This document shows, one piece after another, positions 54,981-64,000 of a stretch of 64,000 bases of DNA. Both the position numbers and the translations under genes were made by a program. This DNA is from the human T2T-CHM13v2.0 reference genome, Homo sapiens. The notes under the pieces are model-generated. The model made no database searches. It was not told where the DNA came from and saw only the letters and a list, made by a program, of their open reading frames with translations. The stretch lies in assembly GCF_009914755.1 (NCBI RefSeq), contig NC_060930.1. One strand, written 5' to 3'. The first letter of the stretch is position 1. Each line of letters begins with the position of its first letter.

Positions 54981-55545
54981 TAATCTTCTTCTATTTCCAT
55001 GATTTCTTCTTCAAAATTTTAAATGAGTAAGAATGACTTTTTCTTCCTTTCTTTCTTTTTTAACTACTTTACAGTGATAATTTTTGTTCACCCTTAGGAA
55101 AGTATGTGTTCAAGACTAACTTTGAAAAAAAATGGATAAAATGAACAATGGCATGCTTTTGTAAAATGTATTTTTATTCCAGGCCATAGTTCAAAATATT
55201 TAGATTGATGTTGAATAGCACTTATATTTTAAGAAAATTTCCTATATTCAAGAACATAAATCAAGTTAAAATACATTAAAATATTTCTCAGATAAATAAG
55301 GTTACAAAAAGCTTTCATGAAAGTTTTGTGCCTAAAACAATTAAAACCTAATTTTAAACTCTCTGTGGATAACATTTAGTATCAACAGGAAGAAAGTTAT
55401 TAACAATTTAGACAATTTAAAAGTATTTTACATATAATTTAGAAAGTAAAAATTAAAGATATATCTAATAATGATAAAATTATAAAATATTAATTAATCT
55501 TTAAGACTATGAAATAGGGAATTATTTTAGCATTCTTATGGATTC

Positions 55546-55826
55546 CTTTTTCTATTTTCTTTTTTTTGAGACAGCTTGTCACCCAGGCTGGAGTGCAGTG
55601 GCATGATCTTGGCTCACTGCAACCTCTGCCTCTCCGGTTCAAACTATTCTCCTGCCTCAGGGTTTACAAGCGCATACTACCACACCCAATTAATTATTGT
55701 ATTTTTAGTTGAGATGGGGATTCACCATGTTGGCCAGTCTTGTCTCCAACTTCTGGCCTCAAGTGATCCTCCCACCTTGGCCTCCCAATGAGCTGGGATT
55801 ACAGGCGTGAGTTACCACACCCAGCC
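55546..55826 (-). mobile_element. Alu (S/J) with a small internal deletion
   Basis: Antisense Alu dimer lacking about 20 nt after CCTGCCTCAG. Confidence 0.9.
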
Positions 55827-58233
55827 ACTCACCATGAATTCTTAATGTGATATGTTTAAATTCCAGAGCACATTGTTCTAGTTTTTGTTCCAAAGTATTA
55901 AAATACAAATATATTGAAGCTTTGCTGAAACACTGCACTCAGGGTTCATGCTGTGGGACTCCCCATAGGTGAAATAATTTTAAGACCCTATTGGTATTTT
56001 CCTGAATAATCCTCCAGATGATGCCCAAATGTAGTTGCTTCTCTTATGCTTTACAGTGAAGAACACTGCAGTGAAGTTTACACACACAACCCATTAAAAT
56101 TAAATCCATCAAGTTTAAAGGTAACTTTAAGGTGCATTTTAATACAAAAAAATTAAAATGATAATATACTTTTAACTTCTCTATTTTATATGAATATTTT
56201 TCCTACACTTAGTCCTATTCCTTTCATTTTTCACGTCACATATGTTCCACAAATTTTACTCACGCACTTTTAACCTTCCCAAATGATTGACCACATTTCA
56301 CTATCTCAAGGTTAGTGACTCTGGCTTGTCATTTTTCTGTTAAGTATGGCCTGTAAGTGAAAGCGATTGAATCTTCCAGGATTCCAGGGTGGGTTTTGTT
56401 TTTCCTTTGTGACAGTTTCATATACTAAAGAAGTTTTGACAGCACTGGTGCTCCTATTTTTGGGGAACACTTTGAGTTTGCCAAGAATAACAAGTCTTTG
56501 AAAATACTAACCCATGATCCAACATTCTGATGAATGTCTGCAAGAAGAAATGTAGGTGACTATAAATCATTTTGGACAGTCTTGGTGATGATATGAACTA
56601 ACAGAAAACCTGAAGACAACCAACACACTGTATCAGTCACAAGCAGAGAATCTCAAGGGCTGCTGGCCCTAAATTCTAACCACCTCCTACACCCAATGCT
56701 GAACCTTTTCTACTAAACAATGTCTATTCTGCCTTTTCTCACAGCACCTACCTCAGTTCTTTACTCTTCTGTTCTAAACTCTGCTAGTGAACCTGACACC
56801 CATCCAATACACCTTGGCAGTTCCGCATGTCTAAGACCATCCTGCTTAGGAAAGATCTACTGAACAACTTACACAAATCTGATGACATTTAGCCTTAACT
56901 ACTCTTCTAGCCAGAGGCTCTGGAATGTGGACCTCACAGTCAAACTTACTCTTATCTCTACGGGATCCAGTTCCCCCACAAGGGCTAATTAATAATTCAA
57001 TTCATTTTAGCCTGTCTCCTTTTCTGCTCCTTTCTAGTTGTACAAAAGTGTTGCTTCTAAACATTCACCTACTAATTGGGCCCTTATTTTCCACCTACAA
57101 ACCTGTTTCTCAATAGAGACCTTTTTTTTTCTTCCTAAATTTCCTGAGCCATCAACCAGATTATAGCTGTGCCCTGCTTTCCTGCTGGGAACTAACACCT
57201 GCTCTTGCAAAACCCTCTTTGACTTTTGTCTGAATCCAAATTGAGTTTGTCACATTCTTTGTACATTGTTCATGGCTCATACAACCTCCTACACCCTTTC
57301 CCCTTTCAACTGCACTTTGTAGTTAGTCTCACAATAAACCTAACTATGGCACCCTAAATATAATCTCTATACCTGTTCTTCCCTGGTGGGTTTAGATTAA
57401 GGTACAAATGGCTTCAACTTTTCCACTCTTTTGTCTGCTTGATCAGAACTTCACTTCTCACACTCCAGTCCCATGTATGACATAAGCCAATACCCTATGT
57501 TTCCTTCCTTTTCAGTCAACTCCACAGCACATTCCGCCTTATTCTAAGCTTCCTGAGCTCTCTATTTCTGCTGCCAGCCTGCTCATCATTGCTAAACAAA
57601 CAAACAAAAAACAAAAGTCACAAGACTGTTAAGATAATCAACTTCAGATTAATTGCTACTCTTCAGACAGACTTTGATGGTAATTTCTGTATCACTTAGA
57701 GACTGTTTCACACTTTTTTATTCCCTTCTAGCTTTAAAGAACACTTCTGTTCCCATCCACACCCCCTTAACTTTTCTCTCCCTAGCCTACAACCACTTGC
57801 CTTTATTCTCAGCAAATATGAAACATACCTCTTATTTTTGCTAACAGAACCATGGACATCCAATCCAAAGGGAACACCCTGAAATGCCTTTATCTTTTCC
57901 TAATATTTCTCAAAATTGGCTCTTTTTCATATTTTTTGTGAAAAAATATGAAGTGTCTGCCACCATTCCCAAGCACAACTTATTTATAATTCTCCAATTT
58001 TCCTTTTGTTACATCTGTATCCCTAGAACTACTATGGAAACTCTTCTTCCCCTTACCACTAAGAGGGACTTTAATTTTCACTCATTCTCCTTTTAACTTT
58101 TTACATCTCAGCTGCTTAAACTTTTTTTTCTTTATTTAATATAACCTGTAAACACAAAACATATATAACTACCTAAAAAATACAATAAGTATATATATAT
58201 ATGACCTTCCAGTTCAAGAAATAGATGATTACT

Positions 58234-58735
<502 letters not shown>

Positions 58736-59104
58736 TCAATTGTTTATATTAATGCAATACTTGCCACAATCTTTTTTTTCACCCCAGCAGACACCTCTTT
58801 GCTATGGTTTTAGAGCCCTTGTGCTTACTGCCATAGCACTTATCTCATTTACTTACTGCCAAACCCTTAGAAAATGAGCTATTTGTACATTTTATTTCTT
58901 TATTCTCAGAACTTAATCAGTGCCCAGAACATAGTAGGCATTCCATAAATATTAGTTAAATGAATTAGTAAAAGAAGAAATTGGGGGCACAACCTCCTTA
59001 CAGGTTCAGAGTTCCTGTATTTTTATATTAACACTGTATTTAAGTAGATGAATACATTTTGAGCAGAAAGATTTTCAATCACAGAGATTGAAACAAAAAG
59101 CATG

Positions 59105-59265
59105 TTCTAGTTAAGTTTCTCTAAAATAATCCCAGTTCTGTCACTAATTGACTGCCACCTTGGGCCATTTACTTAACCTCTTGGTCCTCTGTTACCTAAT
59201 CTATAAAATGAGGTTGGACTAAATGATCTCCAAGGTCTTTTTCCAACTGTGAAATTCTGTGATTG
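59105..59265 (+). mobile_element. MIR3/MIR
   Basis: CCTTGGGCCATTTACTTAACCTCT...AAAATGAGGTTGGACTAAATGATCTCCAAGGTC...ATTCTGTGATT. Confidence 0.75.
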
Positions 59266-59999
59266 TCATCAATGATTGTATAAATAAAAAATTCAATTAA
59301 CAAGAACATCTTAATCCCTAAGCATTATCATTAAATTGAGATTTTACTTTTTCAAAGAGCAATTATTTTATATACACAGTAGGATAAGAAAGTGTTCATA
59401 TCTTCCTTTCTAGCTACAATTCATCAGCAAATTCCTTTTTACATAATGTGAACAATGTTTCTCCTTGTCTAGTATGGGAACTTCTCTTCCTTTGAAGGTG
59501 TATCATTGAGAGGTCTCTTCTTTACTTAATCAATTGATTCATTACCTAGTTCAGAATACATGTCATTTGTCTTACCCTAGTCTAATGAAACCTGCTAGGC
59601 TTTCCTCAAAAATCAAATGAGACACTCTAGTCTTCATGACCAGCCTGGGAGAATTCGTGAGACCTTGGACTACAGGCCTCAGGACCTCAGCCTTTATGTG
59701 CTCCTGGACCATTCCAAACCCATTTTCTACAGCTAACTTATGTTATTTCTTCCTTCTCTGTTCTTTGCTCCACCTCCTCCCTATTGTTACTGCCTTCTCT
59801 CCTATGCCTATATTCCATGGGAAATTTTTGGGTAACCTATGCTGTCTAACTGACCCACTTAGAACTTCCCTCTGTAAACCGTTCCAGTGAGGGCAACTTT
59901 TCACATTACTGCTACAAGGTAGGAATCTGCACACATATATAATATAATTGCAGAATAAAGAAAATCACTTAAACATGAAAAGTCATATGCATGGTCATT

Positions 60000-60940
60000 C
60001 TAAAATATTTAACAGCTTTATTGTGGTATAAATGATATAAGGTAATCTTTACATATGTCAAATGTAGTTTGCTTAATTTTGACATAAGTATATACTTGTG
60101 AACCCATAAACAGAATCCTGATAATGAATATATTTTTCGTTCCCTAAACTGATCTCATCACCTTTTATAATTCTTATTTTCTACCCTTCCCCACACTCTT
60201 CTCACGTTCCCCCCAAACCCCACAGTTCCATCTACTTTTTAAACACTATAGATTTTATTACATTTTCTAGAATTGTTTATCATTTGAATAGTTGAATACT
60301 CATGGCTTATTAATAATTAAATATCTATCCTCTTTTTCTCAGCATAATTATTTTGAGAGTTATCCATGTCATTGCATGTATTAGTAAATAGTTTGTTCTA
60401 GTTTGTTGTCTAGTATGTTCCATATTGTGTGGATTTATCACAATTTATTTGTCTATTCATCTGTTCATGGACGTTTGGGTTATTTCCAGTTTTTGGCTAT
60501 TATAAGTAAAGGTGCTATGAATATTTCTGTTCAAGTCTTTGTATAGATATATACTTTTTCTTCTTTTGGATAAATACTAAGGATGGTATGGCTGGAAAAT
60601 ATGATAATTATTTTTTTAAATGCCAAATTACTTTCCCAAGTTGTTGTGCTATTTTGCCAGCAGCAGTATATGAGAGTTCCAGGTTCTCCACATGCTGCTA
60701 ACACTCAGTTTAGTCAGTCACTTTATTATAGCCATTCTAAAAGATGTGTCATGGTACCTCACTATGTGCTTGTCATTTAGAATATATAAATAAAAGCAAA
60801 ACTTCGGTAGTAAAAAGACAAGTAACTCAATAAAAATGGTAAAATGTTTAAATGGACACTTCACAAAACAGTATATACTAAAAGAAAATATGCATATAAA
60901 ATGATGCTCAGCATCATTAGTCATTAGGAAAGTGCAATGT
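60000..60940 (-). mobile_element. Old L1M 3' end with an inverted 5' segment
   Basis: Antisense L1 3' UTR at 60000-60770, then a sense block at about 60775-60938. Confidence 0.75.
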
Positions 60941-61129
60941 ATTATAGATATTTTGATTTACAAAAGAATCAATTAACATGAACTGCTGAGTTGTACATGG
61001 TTCATATCATATATGTAACGTAGGTGTGCTTTTTTTTTCCTAATGCAGCGTGAAACAATTTAATGCATAAATATTTATGTTTTAGATTATGTCCCTGTTA
61101 TGGATGACCAAGAATAAAATATGTATATT

Positions 61130-62960
61130 AATACATATTTTCAAATTACTTCCCAGAAACATACAATTTCCGTCAATGAATGAGACTTCCTCTTTTCACA
61201 AACTTTTAAAAAGTATTAACTTCTAAAAATCTTTCTAAATCTGTTTGTTGAAATTTTGATTTAATTTTAATGAAAATATATTTTATTACTCTGGATAATC
61301 AGCTTTGTGGTATATTTATTATATGAAATTCCTTTTTTATGAATTGTCTCTCATATTCTTTACTTATTCACCTATTGTATCAGTTTTTTCCTTGATGGCT
61401 TGTGTGAACTCTATGCAATAGTTATTAAATCTTTTTCCATTGCAAGCAGTTCTCCACTTTCTTTTAATAGTGTTTGTGATACTCTTGATATTTAGCTTTA
61501 ACTTTTTATGTTCCCAGCATATAAACTGTATCCTTCATAATTTATCACAATTACTTTAAACTTAGAAAGTTTTTATTATACATTTTTAGCTTTTTATGGC
61601 TTGATCTGTTATATTTAAAAACTTAATTAATCTATAATGAATTTTGGCGTATGGTATAAAGGATCTTAATTCATGTTTTTCTATTAGTGACCATTTGTTC
61701 AAGAACATTGGTTGATTAATTTCTTATTCCCTCATTGTTTTCCACATTTTTTATTACATATTTCTTTTTATGAACTAGTTTCCATTTGGGGGCTATTCAT
61801 TTTATCTACTCAATTTATCTATTTTGTGGAAATTCTGCACTGAATTATAATACATTTTATAAATATTTTAATCTCTCAGACACATCTTCTGTTATTACTC
61901 TAAAATTACTAAGAATTGTTTTATCTCTGGTTGTCTTTCACAAACTTGATAATTATTTTTGTTCAAATTAAGTTAAGATCTCCTTAAAGTTTTAATTAAA
62001 ATTGTGTTACAAATTTAAAGTAGTTAGTTTGAAAAGAATTTTGCATTGTGTTTTGTAGTCTTATACAGAAATATTGCATAACTTTTAATTTATTTAAATA
62101 TTTCTTCATTGCTTTCAGGAAATCTGCAGTTTATTTTATTTACATCCCATATATTTCTTATTCATTTTCTTACTAAGTGCCTCATATTTGAATATTAGTA
62201 TGTATGTATGTGTGTATATAGTATCAGCATGTATGTATGTGTGAGTGTGTGTATGTATGTATGTATGTATTTAATTATACAGTCAACCCTCTGCATGGAA
62301 CAGTTCTGCATCCAAAGATTTAACCAACTGAGGATAGAAAATATTTGGAAAAAATGGAGGGCTATGTCTGTACTGAACATGTACACACACTATTTTCTTG
62401 TCATTATTCCCTAAATCATATAGTATAACAACTATTTACATGGTCTTATATTGTATTAGGCATTATAAGTAATCTAGAGATTATTTAAAGCATACAGTAG
62501 AAGATGTGTAGGCAATGTACAAATACTACACCATTTTATACAAAGAAGTTGAGCATCCATGGATTTTGATATCTGAAGAAGGTTCTGGAACCAATCCGCC
62601 ATGGCTACCCAGGGACCACTATACTTCCAATTATTTAAGACTGGTATTCTGAAAAGCTATGCAATTTTGTATGTTTATTTTGTTTTCAGCCACCTTATCG
62701 AATTTTCTTACTAACTTTATTAGTGTTTCTTTTGATCAATTTGAATATTCTAGCTGTAAAAACATGTTATCTAGAAAAATAATTTTTGTTTATATTGCCA
62801 TATTTAGACTTTTACTTCTTAAGTTCTATTTTTGATTAATTGGTTAAAACTTCCAAAGGCATTTCAAATTATAACAGTTTTATCAGAAATTCTTGTGTTT
62901 TTCCCTAATTTTATTAGTTTCATATTTAGTATGAACTTAGTCAAATTTTAGATCCCCCTT
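61130..62960 (-). mobile_element. Very old L1 remnants, interrupted by MER2
   Basis: T-rich degenerate ORF2 antisense motifs. Confidence 0.4.
62280..62621. mobile_element. MER2-like TcMar-Tigger MITE
   Basis: TA-flanked imperfect TIRs CAGTCAACCCT...AGGGACCACTA; internal TTGTATTAGGCATTATAAGTAATCTAGAGAT. Confidence 0.85.
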
Positions 62961-63515
62961 TTACATTTTTTATTAATATTAATATTTTTAAGCCAGTATT
63001 AAGGGTTTACTCAAAATAACCTAAAATATCAGAATTCTTCCTCATTTGATCAGACAGTGATACTCTAAATATAATGTGAAGGTAACAAAAAGAAATATAG
63101 TATTTAAAAATGTCAATTATGTTCCTTTAAATTACTATTACTTTCATAAATTGATTTGTTATTTCTAATCACATCTATAATATAGCCAGTTAAATAATTA
63201 ATGGATACATTAAATTAACAAAAATTTTATTTTCTCTTTGTATGCAGAGTTATGAGCATCTACTGTCCTACAACTCTTAAAACAGGTGCTTGGAAATGAT
63301 AAGAATCGTGGTCTTTACCTTTAAGAATGTCACTTTGGCAAGTCACTTCACCTCTCTGCATAACTAAGTCATTGAATACTACATATGTCTTTAATTAAAG
63401 TGTATGTAGGATGCTAAGGTGGCAGTCAACATCTTTGTGAATTTGAGCAAGGTACATTATTTCTTAGTTTTCTTACCTCATTTATTTATAAAGGAGTCAA
63501 GATAGGTTACCTCTA

Positions 63516-63878
63516 TGTATTACATCAGTCTCACACTGCTAATAAAGACCTACTCAAGACTGGGTAATTTAGAAAGGAAAGAGGTTTAATGGACTTGCAG
63601 TTCCACATAGCTGGGGAGGCCTCACAATCATGGCAAAGGTAAAGGAGAAGCAAAGGCACATCTTACACGGTGGCGGGCAAGAGAGCATGTGCAGGGGAAC
63701 TCCCCTTTATAGAACCATCAGATCTTGTGAGATTTATTCACTATCATGAAAACAGCATGGGAAAGACCCACCCCCATGATTCAATTACCTCCCACCAGGT
63801 CCCTCCCACAACACGTGGGAATTATGGGAGCTACAATTCAAGATGAGATTTGGATGGGGACACAGCCAAATCATATCA
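63516..63878 (-). mobile_element. THE1 solo LTR
   Basis: TGTATT...GGGACACAGCCAAATCATATCA; TSD CTCTA/TTCTA. Confidence 0.92.
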
Positions 63879-64000
63879 TTCTACAATCTTTTTCACTAAA
63901 ACATCTGTACCTTTATAAAAATCTTCGTAAAAATAAAGCATATATTTGTGAGAATATATATAATAAAAAATTATGAGTCAATACACTATGGTAGACACAT

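Overview
Primate DNA, almost certainly human: the 5' end of EPHA7 (ephrin type-A receptor 7) on the minus strand plus about 44 kb of upstream intergenic sequence. Exon 1 (CDS 19343-19247), exon 2 (14770-14706) and exon 3 (11172-10503) splice in frame with canonical GT-AG sites. They encode the signal peptide, the ephrin ligand-binding domain and the start of the Cys-rich region. Positions 1-10502 are intron 3. A split CpG island (about 16.55-20.05 kb) covers the promoter and intron 1. The upstream region is a mosaic of Alu, MIR, L1, L2, MaLR/ERVL LTRs and hAT/Tigger relics. I found no convincing wholly novel biological system. The best leads are: an exon-3 read-through secreted isoform at a weak CpG-containing donor, two uORFs and two sense AATAAA/HOX13-like motifs in the 5' UTR, a consensus TATA box inside intron 1, an upstream CTCF motif, a 174-bp local templated duplication and two L1 inversions. 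Repeat family names and most repeat boundaries are by-eye estimates.
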